Assembly: GCA_964016885.1 (NCBI GenBank)
Contig: OZ024743.1
Coordinates: forward strand, 103,664,001-103,728,000
DNA: 64,000 nucleotides
Source: Eledone cirrhosa
Lineage: Eukaryota
Direction: 5' to 3'
The notes under the pieces were generated by a model. The model was not told the origin of the DNA. It searched no databases and worked only from the letters and a program-made list of their open reading frames with translations. Made by a program: the position numbers and the translations under genes. Below, in pieces: positions 51,525 to 64,000 of the stretch (its first letter is position 1; each line of letters opens with the position of its first letter).

Positions 51525-54280
51525 TAAATTACTTGGCATAAAAACGAGAGCAAACAACAAACAAGAAAGATCAGAACCTTGGTGGAAGAAACGACTGAAA
51601 TGAGAAAAGACATTGGAAAGCTTGAATCCTTACTGAATTGGACATTACAAAACATAGGCACTAAAGATAGATTGAAAATAAAATACAAAACTAGGGGGAG
51701 GGGGGGGGGGGGCTAAATGTTGTCATAGAGGAACTGAAGTAACGCATTGTAGCAAAAGGTGCAAAGATTAGGCGGTATGAGAACAGAGTTAGTTAGTATA
51801 GACAGAACCGCATGTTTGAGAACAACCAGAAGATGTTGTTTGGACAGCTTGAAGGGAAAGAAATAGGCAACGACGTCATCCTTGAGGCGGAACAAACTAA
51901 GACATTCTGGAGAGGAATATGGGAGCAGGATGTTGAACATAATAGTAAGGCAGTGTGGATTGAGACAGTTCAAAAGGAGATTAGTGAACAAGCACACCAA
52001 CAACCTGATTTGAGTATCACAGTTGAAACTCTTAAAGGGCAGGCCAAAAAACTAACCAACTGGAAATCACCAGGCCCAGATGGTGTGCAAGGGTATCGGA
52101 TTAAAAATATAACATCCCTCCACCCGAAACTGACAACAATGTTCAATGTTTGCTTGATGTCGGGTGAAGTACCAGAGTGGTTGACAAAAGGTACCACAGT
52201 TCTGGTAATGAAAGACCGAATCAAGGGTAATGATGTTACCAACTATAGGCTTATCACATCTCTGTCCGTAATGTGGAAACTGTTAACAAGCATTGTGTCT
52301 GAGGAAATCTACCATCACCTCCACATAAACAACTTGTTACCGGACGAACAGAAAGGATGTCGAAAGAAGTCCTGTGGTACAAAAGACCAGTTACTTATTG
52401 ATAAGATGGTAATGAGGAATTACAAGAGGAGACACACTGGTCTTGCCATGGGATGGATAGACTGCAAAAAGGTATTCGTCATGGTACCTTATTCTTGGAT
52501 CACCAAAAGCCTAGAGATCTTCAAGGTGGCAGATAACATCAGACAGTTGTTGAGCAAAAGTATGAAGTCCTGGGAAACATCGGGTGGAGAATCCTTGGGA
52601 GGCGTGAAGATCAAGAGAGGTATCTTCCAGGAGATATTTTCTCCCCTCTGCTGTTTGTCCTTGCCATGATACCCCTGACCGTTATATTGCGAAAAGTGAG
52701 AGCAGGATACAAGTTGGGAAAAGGAGAGCTTACCATCAACCATCTCCTCTTCATGGACGATCTTAAACTCTTTGGGAAGAGTGAGAAGGAGTTGGATGTA
52801 TTTGTTGACACTGTGAGTATTTTCAGCAATGATATATGTATGAAGAGGAGTAAATTGAGCAGAAGCAACGAAATCCAGGTACCAACAGGTGAGTTGATAA
52901 AGGAAATGGACACTGAAGAGGGATACAAATATTTAGGTGTTCTGGAAGCAGATGACATCAAGAACAAAAACAATGAAGTCATTGATAAGATTTTAGTACA
53001 TAAGGAGAGTAAGGAGCGTATTAAAATCACATCTAAATAGTAGGAATGTCATAAATGCAGTAAATGTACTGGGTAATTGCTGGCCTTGTAAATGTACTGG
53101 GTAATTGCTGGCCTTGTGCCTAAAGTAGAAACAATTATTAGGTACAGTGCGGGAATTCTGAAATGGAATGTTGCTGAACAAAAAGAAATGGATAGGAAGA
53201 CTAGGAAGCTATTGACTATCTACAACATGTTCCACAAGAGGAGTGATGTCGATAGACTCTACTTAAAGAGATTTGAAGGTGGAAGAGGTCTTATCAGCAT
53301 AGAGAACTGTGTTCAGATGGAAAAAAAACAACTTGCACAAATATGTGACTGACAGTAGGGAGCCAATGCTTAAAATTGTACTGAAGAAGACAATAGACCA
53401 GGGGATGTCCAAGGATGGAATAACAACAAGGAGGAAGAGCAACCTTCATGAAAAATCCCTTCATAGCACCTTCTTTAAGAAAACTGAATTTAGAGATCCA
53501 CAGACATGGAACTGGTTAAAAAGAGGAGACCTTAAAAAGTTACAGAAGGAATGCTAATGGCTGCGCAAGAGCAAGCCCTCAGAATGAAGTGGGTGAAACA
53601 CCATATTGACAAGGAGGAGGCTAGCTCACTGTGTAGGATCTGTGGAGAGAGAGAGGAGACTGTCGCTCACATTGTCTCCGAGTGTAAACACCTAGCCCAG
53701 ACTCACTATAAAGGCTGGAGACATGATGTGATGGGCAGAGTGATCCACTGGCACCTATGCAAAGTAAACAATTTACCACATTCTGAGAAGTGGTATGAGC
53801 ATAAGCCAGAGTCGGTGATAGAAAACGATCAGGTAAAGGTGCTATGACACTTTAGGATACAGACGGCAAGAAATTGGAACACAATAGGCCTGACCTGGTG
53901 GTTTTGGACAAGGAAAAGAGATCGTGCCTGATTGTAGATGTAGCCTGCCCATTCGACACGAGAGTACAATAAAAGGAGAGGGAGAAAATTAACCGATACC
54001 AGGATTTAAAGTGGGAGTTAAAAAGGATTTGGAACTGCCATGAAATCATGGTCGTCCCGATTGTCATAGGCGCACTAAGTACTATCTCAAAGAGTTTCCA
54101 AGGATGGTTAAAGAAGATTAGTCCAGCCCCGCATTTTGGAACACTTCAAAAGGCATGCTTGCTGGGAACAGCAAGAACCCTCCGATACGTCCTGAATATC
54201 TGAGGCTGCAGGTAGTGGCTTGATATTCATTTCAACAAACTTTCCAGTTAACCAACATCAATGACTGAGACGCAAAGAAC
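51525..54280 (+). mobile_element. Dong/R4-like LINE, family B, second 5'-truncated copy with a SINE 3' piece inserted at about 53063-53140
   Basis: Highly similar to 48145-50900; (AAT)n on both sides. Confidence 0.92.
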
Positions 54281-54290
54281 AATAATAATA

Positions 54291-54455
54291 ATAATTGTGT
54301 CTACTTTTGGTACAAAGCCAGCAATTATCCCAGTACGTTACTGGTACTTTATTTTATTGACCCCGTAAAAATGAAAGGCAAAGTTAACCTCGGCGTGATT
54401 TGAACTCAAACCGTAAAGGGGCGTAACTCTATGCTTCAAAGCATGGTGTCCGACC
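54291..54455 (-). mobile_element. tRNA-SINE whose tail abuts the Dong-like tail
   Basis: Family body with B box; shares the (AAT)n at 54281-54294. Confidence 0.85.
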
Positions 54456-54457
54456 TT

Positions 54458-54706
54458 GGACGATCTGTTATGTCTTCGTTAAGTTTATTGAATAGGGACG
54501 CGCGTTTCGCTATTGATCAGCTCAAGCTTCGATCTGTATCGATCTAGCCCGACTCTGGAATCAAAAGCTCGTCGGACCTCTGTTGTGGTAATGACGAGTT
54601 TTTTATTCCAGAGTCGGGCTAGATCGATACAAATCGAACCTTCAGCTGATCAATAGCGAAACGCGTGTCATTACTCAATAAACGTAATGAAGACAACAAA
54701 TCGTCC
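54458..54706. repeat. Foldback (arms of about 105 bp) with decayed hammerhead motifs
   Basis: Arms contain gc GAAACGCG(C/T)GTC with a paired stem II; cores read CCGACGA and (..)GACGA. Confidence 0.85.
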
Positions 54707-54718
54707 ATTTTATTATTA

Positions 54719-57700
54719 CTATCAGAGGTACCCGGCGTTGCCCGGTATAACTCTCAATGGAGTAGTCGTTCAAATGAAACGAAAGAGTTCGGTTAAACAC
54801 GACTATAGAAGTAACAATTTATAGGTGTTGGCCCTAAAGAGGGCCTTTGAACGTTCACTTTGAAATATCTCTGCGGCGGTGCTGTCAGCAAAGACGAATC
54901 CGATAGTAACAATTTAAAGTTGGTGACCCTAAAGAGAGCCTTGGATTGTTCACTCTTAAAAGTCTCAGCGGCGTAAGTCTTGTAAGTATTGTTGCCTCAA
55001 TAACATGAGGCATCGCCTTTTGGACGACCAGACACGTGCCGTTGGAAAGCCTTCGGGGTTCCAAATTCCTGAGGAGCATGACAATGTGGTGGCAATCCGG
55101 GAGGGTCTAGGGAGTTAAGAAATTCTGTGGGGTAATTAACAACTTCGTCCGGATCAGCCACAGCCAAGGGACGTGTATACGTGCAGGTTTCCAGGCAAGC
55201 ACAGCGTAGTCGGAGGAGGGGTCGTAGTTAAAGGCCTTCAACAACCATCGTGAATTGCAAGTCCTAGAAATGCCACGTAACGATGATCGCCGCTGTTCAC
55301 TTTGCAGAAGTCGGCCACGTCGTTGCTCTATGGTTTCAGTATTTCCTGCAGCAGCAATGGCAGCGGCGTCCCTGCTTCATCGAACTGCGCGTCGTCCTTC
55401 ATCCTCTCGCGCGCGAGCAGCGGCTGTTGCAGTGGCGTACCTGCTTCGTCGAACGGCACGTCGTCCTTCATCCTCTCGAGCGCGAGCAGCAGCAGTCGCG
55501 GCAGCATCTTTGCTCCGTTGAGGTTCACGTCGACTGTCATCCTCCTCCGCTCTTGCAGCTGCCGTCTGCACAGCATTCTGTGAGAGCCTAATCGCAGTCG
55601 CATTTACATCTTTGGTGAGACGCCTTCACTTAGACCTACTTGCATCATTAGATAATTGACCAATGAAAGTTCTTTTCTTGAGGGCATTGTTTTTAGAAAA
55701 TTAACCAGGGAGAACGATAAATAATGGACAAATAACGTTTAAGTAAGCAAATCTAAACACGGATATGAATTGTGAAAAAATGTGATAAATCTATGTGGTC
55801 TAAGAAAGTGGGTATGTTTTGCAAGATTTTGTGTACCAGTCAAATTTCAGGTTTTAAGTTAGGGGCAACGCTGCGTACGGACTACCTGTGATAAAGGAAA
55901 TTAAATAGTGTGGCTACAGTGGTAGGTACATAAGTGTCAGTATGTTTGTTCAGTTCGAACATAGCAATAAGTAAGTACTAACCATTGAAAGGATACAGAC
56001 AAAAATGGCCGAAAAATCACAGCATGATAAACTGGAACCTTATGACCATAAACACATTAACTCCTTTACGGTGACAAATGTTGCATGCGTTTCAGAAACA
56101 TGGGGTAGTTTATGAGAGTACGCATGTAAAAACCCTACCACTTGTCAAAAGCCAAAAAAGTAGTGTGATCCTAAATCGTACTTGACCGAAATAAATAGGA
56201 GTGATATCGCTCAATGAACAACACTCGAGTTATCTGATTGGTTAGATAATACAAATAAGTGTGATGAAATCTATTGAACACAACTCATTGATGTGTGGTT
56301 GGCCAGAGGTCGCCATTTCGCACTTAATCGAGGTGCAATTTTACGGGGGAGACAACCGGGTGCAAAAACTAATCAATCATTCGCACAGTTTAGGCATGAG
56401 TGTGAAATAGCACAATCCACATACAGTAGGCGTTAAAATGTACACCTGGGTTAAATCGCGCTTTCATGGTTAGGAGTGTGAAATGACGCCAAAGTTCAAA
56501 GAAAAAAATGTATCTCCCCATTCTGCACTTAATTATGGTGCACGGGGGAGACAACCGGGTGCAAAATTAAATTCAATCATCCTAAAGTTAACTAAACAAA
56601 CTAAAGTTAAGTCAGGGGGATTTTAAAATTCGCTACTCCATTTGTAGGACATGAGTAACCGATGCGTCAACTTTCGTTTAAATTGACTTTTATTTCCAGA
56701 AGTTGAAATGGTTTGCTGCGACCATACTATGAACTTTAAAAGTGGTCCAAAGGGGATCACTGCCTAGGGGGTTCCCTTGCAAAATTGGTTACCCATTGCC
56801 ATGATGTTACCCATTGCCATGATGTTGAAGACACTGTCTATACCCGGAACAAGCAAGTGGACCCCAGGGGACAGTAAGCCCCGGCGAGTCATTTATTGAA
56901 TTTGGCTATTGTAATGCAGCAAAGCGTCATAGCTTCGATAATTGGTAGGCAATAACCATTTCCTTTAGTTTTTGTAAGAATCAAGTATAAACTCCCGAGG
57001 TTACGGTGCTTTTTTATTGTGGCAGTTTGAACTTTTATAGGTTAATGAATTGGGCTCATTGTCCCCGAGGGGGTCCTCTTGCTGAATTGAAATGAAAGTA
57101 AATGTGCCTTACTATATCTTCATCTGTAGTACATGAATAACAACTAATTAGAAATTCATTTTATTGTACTACCAATTATCGAAGCTATGACGCTTTGCTG
57201 CATTACAATAGCCAAATTCAATAAAGGACTCGCCAGGGCTTACTGTCCCCTGGGGTCCCCTTGCTTGTTCCGTGTATAGACAGTGTCTTCAACATCATGG
57301 CAATGGGTAACATCATGGCAATGGATAACCAATGTGTCCGGTAAAGTTAAAATCGAACGTAAATTTCAAAAGTTATCAGGTACTAATACAGTGTTAATGT
57401 GAACTTCAATAGATAGCTCGAAGGTGGCTTACCGCCGGGTCTCCTTGATAAGTTCAAGTAAAAGTTCATGTGTTCACCTTTCTTTATAAGCCATGGGTAA
57501 CCAATACATCTCGCTTCGTGAAAACCAAACACCAAATCAAGCAGTTATGACGTTTTGTTGCATTGATGATATCAACTTTAACATTCATCAAGTCGGTTTA
57601 CTGCCCCCCAAGGAGTCCCCTACCTGAATTTCTGCGCAAGTGTATGCATGCAAATTTATTTGTAGGCCATAAGCAAATAAAAGATTAATTTTGGTGAAGA

Positions 57701-57902
57701 TGGGAGGCAAACTACAGGAATTATGGGACCTTTATGCAGTAGTACTGCTGACTCCAAGCGAGAGGCTTAAGGGAGTTATCTGCCCCTTGGGGCCCACAAT
57801 CGATGTATGAAATTTGGTGCAAATCGGTTGTAAAATGTAGAAATGCATACGGTTACACAGACAGACAGACAGACAGACAGACATCTGTTTTATATATATC
57901 GA
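54719..57902 (-). mobile_element. Internally deleted Helitron with Rep-helicase remnants
   Basis: Pif1-like YPTEFLNSLDPPGLPPH and MLLRNL..RLSNGT.LVV...PHVIEATILT; AFNYDP motif; repeated Arg/Ala/Glu N-terminal unit; 5' TC and 3' hairpin plus a CTAG-like end. Confidence 0.85.
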
Positions 57903-58264
57903 TATTTACACTCTACTTGCTACTAAACATCTATAGTTACCGTAAACTACGCATCGAGTGCTCACTCTGGTGAACCTACAGTAACTGGACATTTCAACCC
58001 CTATATATATACGGGATAACAGGATATCGTTATAGGTAGTCCACCTAGATGTAGTCCAGTTAGAGTACTCCGTGTAGTGGATGGTATTAACGTATGGCTT
58101 AGTTTGACTCAACAAGGCGTTTCCATAGTGATGCTGCGAATTCGCGGTGATTTCTATGTAGTTTATACTTGGAGTAATAATAATTCAAGAAAGAAGAGTG
58201 ACATGGTTGGCTATACAATAAGGGCTTTATTCACATTGCTTGAATTATATATATATATTGCTTG

Positions 58265-58303
<39 letters not shown>

Positions 58304-58407
58304 AACGAGTAGGACCCCGACGGCTGAGCTCAAGCCGTTTCGACGGCTAATTCTGGACTATTACCCACTCTACTACCCTAAGTATTGAGTACTTTGGTGC
58401 GTTATGG

Positions 58408-58506
<99 letters not shown>

Positions 58507-58621
58507 TTATAGATATATGTGTGTGTGTGTGTGTGTGTGTGTATCCCGGGTTCAATCGGGGGTAACCACAGTAAGTAAGGCACTCAATAAATAGCAGAGT
58601 GTAAATTTTTAATATAGAACT

Positions 58622-58673
58622 GGCTTCTACAGGACTAGAACTGTTTCATTCGAAGGAAATCATCAGGAAAGCC
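58622..58673 (-). ncRNA. Hammerhead motif (family A copy)
   Basis: ggctttc CTGATGA tttccttcgaat GAAACAG ttctagtc CTGTA gaagcc within element 58543-58680. Confidence 0.7.
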
Positions 58674-58709
58674 ATTTCTATAGTGTATATATATGAGTGC
58701 GCGCGCGCG

Positions 58710-58847
<138 letters not shown>

Positions 58848-58850
58848 CGC

Positions 58851-58887
<37 letters not shown>

Positions 58888-59139
58888 ATGTATTCGTGAG
58901 TGAATAACAACAATATTATTATAATAATTGTTTCTACTTTTGGCACAAGGCCAGCAATTATCCCACTGTATTACTGGTACTTTATTTTATCGACTCCATA
59001 AGGATGAAAGGCACAACAATATTATAATAATATCATAACATTATTTATAGTCGGTTTGTTTACAATAAACACCCTCATAAAACACCACGTGGTAGATGAA
59101 CAACTTTATTCTTTTGTTCCAGCGGTAGCTGGAAGACGA

Positions 59140-59182
59140 CAATCGACAACTGTTTCAGATTATTTGCTCCTTATCAAGATTG
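59140..59182 (-). ncRNA. Minimal hammerhead motif with U3-A8 core, in foldback 59021-59422
   Basis: caatc TTGATAA gga gcaaataa tct GAA ACA gt TGT C gattg; stem I is perfect. Confidence 0.75.
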
Positions 59183-59428
59183 CGTATTCTCCTGTCTGCC
59201 ACCCACTGGAACTGCTGACAATACATAGTATTCTTAAATGAATACATCTGCTGATTAGCCTCATTTGCATACCAAGCGATTTTACGCCCGAAACAATATT
59301 GTCAATTGTTTTCTCTCAACTACTGCTGGAACAAAAGGGTGAGTCGTTCATATACCACGTGGTGTTTTATGAGGCTGTTTAATTGTAAAGAAACCGAATA
59401 TTAATAATGTTATGATATTATATTAATA

Positions 59429-59820
59429 ATAATTGTTTCTACTTTTGGCACAAGGCCAGCAATTATCACAGTGTATTACTGGTACTTTATTTTATCGACC
59501 CCATAAGGATGAAAGGCAAAGTTAACCTCGGCGGGATTTGAACTCGGTCCGTAAAGGGACGTAACTGTGCCGCAAAGCATGGCGTCCGACCCTCTACCGA
59601 TACTGCCAATCCACTATAATGTTATGATATAAGGGCGGTTGATTAGCAGTATCGGTAGAGGGTCAGACGCCATGGTTTGACGCATAGTTACGGCACTTGC
59701 CATTCTGAGTTCAAATCCCGCCGAGGTTAACTTTGCCTTTCATCCTTACGGGGTTGATAAAATAAAGTACCAGTAATGCACTGGTAGTTGCTGGCCTTGT
59801 GCCAAAAGTAAAAACAATTA
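59429..59820. mobile_element. Head-to-head pair of young tRNA-SINEs
   Basis: - copy 59429-59614 and + copy 59633-59820, separated by about 18 nt containing the ATAATGTTATGATAT duplication. Confidence 0.9.
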
Positions 59821-59881
59821 TTATAATATTATTGTTATTCACTCATGAATACATTTAGGTATCCACCATATATATATATAT

Positions 59882-59998
<117 letters not shown>

Positions 59999-60599
59999 AA
60001 AACCTGTAAACTTTGTTTTGATGGGAAAATCCAATCAAGTTTTACCAGCCCTAAAAAAAAATCCACGACACTTTCCTACCACGTGACATTTGTGCGAAAA
60101 ATGACCCATGCAGTTGCAATTGGGTACGCTCATCAAGGTTAATCTTTAGACTGGTGGCAACTATTCGTGTAACCTTTGCTTTGAAGAAGCAATAGATATA
60201 TTTGTCATAAATGGACCTCTGATAAGCAAAATGTCTGACTCGTCACAACATTTAGACACATTATACACGAAAGATTCCTCACCCAGAAACCTGTGCATAA
60301 GATTGGAGAGGAATATTGTAACTATTACGCCCTCACACATGACAATACACATATACTCCCAAGAGACATATAAAATTCACATACAGGCCATATGCCATTC
60401 ACATTAAGGCTAATACATAAACTGTAACTATACACATAAAAACAACACAAAAAAACCACAAGGAAAATGGTCTAGGAATTCAAGACACAAACTTAGGAGC
60501 ATGAGTTCAATATTCGAACCACTCGGCCATGGAGTGCTGGATTCGTGATCTCGAGTAGCATGCTACAAAACGGCCCGCTTTATTACACAAATCACTTAC

Positions 60600-61385
60600 A
60601 AAACGACTAGTTTATTATTTTGCTGCTCAATATTACGTGTAGCACTTCCTCAGTTTCTTTGCGGGTGTTTTCCAGGAGAGCTGTGTCATCTACGTAAACC
60701 ATTTCAGATAGAACTTCCTCCGGATGTCGGGTGCTTTGTCGACTTTTGAGCTTTATTTTGTCTCATGGTGCAATGGCATTATGCAGTGCATAATCGAGGC
60801 AAATCACAAAAAGGAAGGAGGCCAGAATCGGTCTGAATTTCTCTCAGGTGCCATCACAACTGCTGAAATATTCTCATACATAATTTTAATTGGATTTACG
60901 ATTTGATAGGGTATCCCATAAGCAAGAAGAATTTTGAGCTTCTTCTTTCGGTCGACCGAATCAAAAACCTTCTTGAAATCTATGAATACAATGACTGCCG
61001 CCTTCTTGTAATTCCGTATACCTCTGCAACAATCCTTCTTAGAGCCAAGATGTGTGAGGCAGTAGAGGGAAATGGTCTAAATCCATTTTTGCTGAAACGT
61101 AGTGTTGTCGATACTTGGTCTTATCTTATTCAGTATAATATCATTGTAAGTCTTTGCTAAAATTTGTGTAAGACTGATGCCTCTATATTTGGTGGAGATG
61201 GTAAAATCAGTGCAGTTCATTGGACTCTTCTTGAATGCTGGCAAAACAATGCATGCATCTCAACGCTATGTCAAGTAAACAAATGCATGCCCTGGACGGT
61301 GCGGAGATTGAGGAAGTCGATGACTTCTTGTATCTTGGCAGGTTTATAAACACGGAGCAGGATGTGAACACCAGATGTTGATGCC
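60600..61385 (-). mobile_element. RTE-like RT remnant
   Basis: Minus-strand RGISLTQILAKTYN, HILALRRI, FIDFKKVFDSVDR..LLAYGIP, FLFVICLDYAL. Confidence 0.75.
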
Positions 61386-61591
61386 AATATATATATATAT
61401 ATAAGTATTGAGTACTTTGGTGCGTTATGGTCCACCTGGTTCCTTACCACATTTCCTTCATTATATATATATATATATGTTGGAGGTGAGTTTTATTGAG
61501 CACAATAAAGCAGTGCAAATACCAACAGTTTATAGGACTGGAGTAGTATAAATAATATAAAATCAAAAGATGGTTAAAAGAGTTCGATGTA

Positions 61592-61658
61592 TTTTATTTT
61601 GCGCATTTCAAAAACAAATATCATCAAGGGATGATATCTGGGTTCTCATCAGATAAAA
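61592..61658 (-). ncRNA. Hammerhead motif with mutated cleavage site
   Basis: ttttat CTGATGA gaacc cagatatcatc cctt gatgatatttg ttttt GAA ATGCGCA AA ataaaa; U16.1 reads A. Confidence 0.6.
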
Positions 61659-62071
61659 TAGGGAGACATGATATGAAGCTTAAAAAACACTTGCGAGCAG
61701 TGAAGTGTTAAATCAACATATGAAAAATAAAATAAGATGGATATATGAGATTGGGAAAAAAAGAAAAGGATGGGGGAAGGAAAAGGTAAGGAAGAGGAGG
61801 AAAGAATATAATAAGGAAAGGATGACGGAGGAGGAGTATAAGAAGGAAGGATGAGAGAGGAGGAGAAAATGAGTGAGAGAGAGAGATAACCTTTAATACT
61901 GAGAAACACTGTCTCACAGAGAGAAATTTAAAAAAGCCGTTGTAAGATAATACATAATTTTAAAAATTTTGAAATTAAAAGTTAATGAGGTTATGAAAGG
62001 TGATGCTTATGATTAAAGAAAAAGGAATTAAGAATACTATTTATTTAAGGTTTATATATTGAAGGGTTTAA

Positions 62072-62263
62072 TAATTGTTTCTACTTTTTGGCACAAGGCC
62101 AGCAATTACCCAGTACATTACTGGTACTTTATTTTATCGACCCCGTAAGGATGAAAGGCAAAGTTAACCTCGGCGGGATTTGAACTCAGATCATAAAGGG
62201 ACATAACTATGCTAGAAAGCATGGCGTCTGACCCTCTACCAATACTGCCAATTCACCACCCTT
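62072..62263 (-). mobile_element. Young tRNA-SINE with target-site duplication
   Basis: Full family copy flanked on both sides by ATTGAAGGGTTTAATAAT. Confidence 0.92.
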
Positions 62264-62638
62264 CATTGAAGGGTTTAATAATATGTGCGAAAAGGAATTT
62301 ATTAAAATGTATTATTAAAATAAAAAATATTAAGGAGATAAGGTGAATGAAGAAAAGGTTAAATGAATTATGAACTTAGAGGAATTAGTTAGGGTCCAAG
62401 TTTGTTTCTATGTATTGTAATAGGAAAAAGTAAATAATGGGTTTAATACGAGCACGGAAGGAGAGAAGAAAGAAAAAATTCAAGGATGAAAAAATATATA
62501 ACGTTAAAAAAATATGTTTACAAAATTTCTCTAATGGTAATATTAGTATATATTAAAAATAAAAATGTATATATATACGTCATCTTACAGTTCATTTTAC
62601 ATTGTTTAGCCTTCTATCTCTTTCCACGTTATATATTA

Positions 62639-63075
62639 CTAGCAGAGGTACCCGGCGTTGCTCGGGTATTAAATAGCAGTTATGTATACCATTTATGTCA
62701 ATACTTCAGTGCTTCTTCGAAAACTATACTTTTACAAAATCATCGGCTTTTTCCCAAAGGGGGTTCCTGCTCCCAGGGGTCCCCTACTCAATATGTGCCA
62801 ATCCACATTCATCTGAAGAACAAACGTAGCCCATGTGTCAAGTTTTGAGAAAATTGGTTGCGAACTCCAGAAGTTATGTCGTTTTCTTGCATTGCACTGC
62901 AGTGCTTCAGTCGACTACAAGGAAGCGTTTGAAGGGGGTTATGTGCCAGGAGGCCCTATAATCAATATCTGGAAAAATGAAAGTGCCCATGACCATCCGG
63001 AGTAAATAAGTAATCTATGTCTTAAGTTTGGTGAAAATACTGTAGAAATACATAAGGTTTACACACACACACGCG
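62639..63075 (-). mobile_element. Short non-autonomous Helitron related to 54719-57902
   Basis: Same terminus CTAGCAGAGGTACCCGGCGTTGC(T/C)CGGGTA and similar GGGGTCCCC internal units. Confidence 0.65.
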
Positions 63076-63095
63076 CGTGCGTGCGTGTGTGTGTA

Positions 63096-63165
<70 letters not shown>

Positions 63166-63419
63166 TGTGTGTGTATGTATTTGTGTGTGCGTATGTATGT
63201 GTATGTCCGTCGGTGTATACGTATGTACTGGCCTAAATCTTCGCTATTTACTTTTACTATTTTAATAACATCTGTCATTTTCGTTTGCAATTTTATTTAC
63301 ATCATTCTTAAACTCTGGGGCTGAAAATCATTCTGTTATTTTAAATAGAATATTAGTCTAACGACTCCATTTATACCATAGACTTGGTCTTGTCTTTGCA
63401 TGAAATTGTTCTTCTCGGC

Positions 63420-64000
<581 letters not shown>

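Noticed and set aside
40054-54295. Repeat-spacer-like architecture resembling a CRISPR array
   Set aside because: The repeats are variable-length (AAT)n and the spacers are kb-scale LINEs; eukaryotic context, no cas genes.

Overview
This is AT-rich, microsatellite-rich eukaryotic genomic DNA. The repeat content and the large single-exon C2H2 gene suggest an octopus or other coleoid cephalopod, which is inference only. There is one clear host gene: a 1229-aa protein with 12 C-terminal C2H2 zinc fingers (32505-36194, +). Most of the rest is transposon-derived: many tRNA-derived SINEs, RTE, CRE-like, R4/Dong-like and Tx1-like non-LTR elements, mariner, hAT (Buster/Charlie), Helitrons and a Penelope-like (PLE) GIY-YIG remnant with inverted pLTRs. 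Two patterns stand out. (1) More than 15 type I hammerhead ribozyme (HHR) motifs, intact or decayed, from about 10 sequence-unrelated mini-element families, usually in the arm of a foldback. Four families use a UUGANAA core, a compensatory U3-A8 pair in place of C3-G8, which standard CUGANGA searches would miss. (2) A ~14 kb pile-up of Tx1-like and Dong-like LINEs inserted in fixed, opposite orientations into (TAA)n tracts that often adjoin SINE tails, plus a direct back-to-back Dong/Tx1 junction elsewhere. All calls are by eye with no database search, and boundaries of old elements are approximate.
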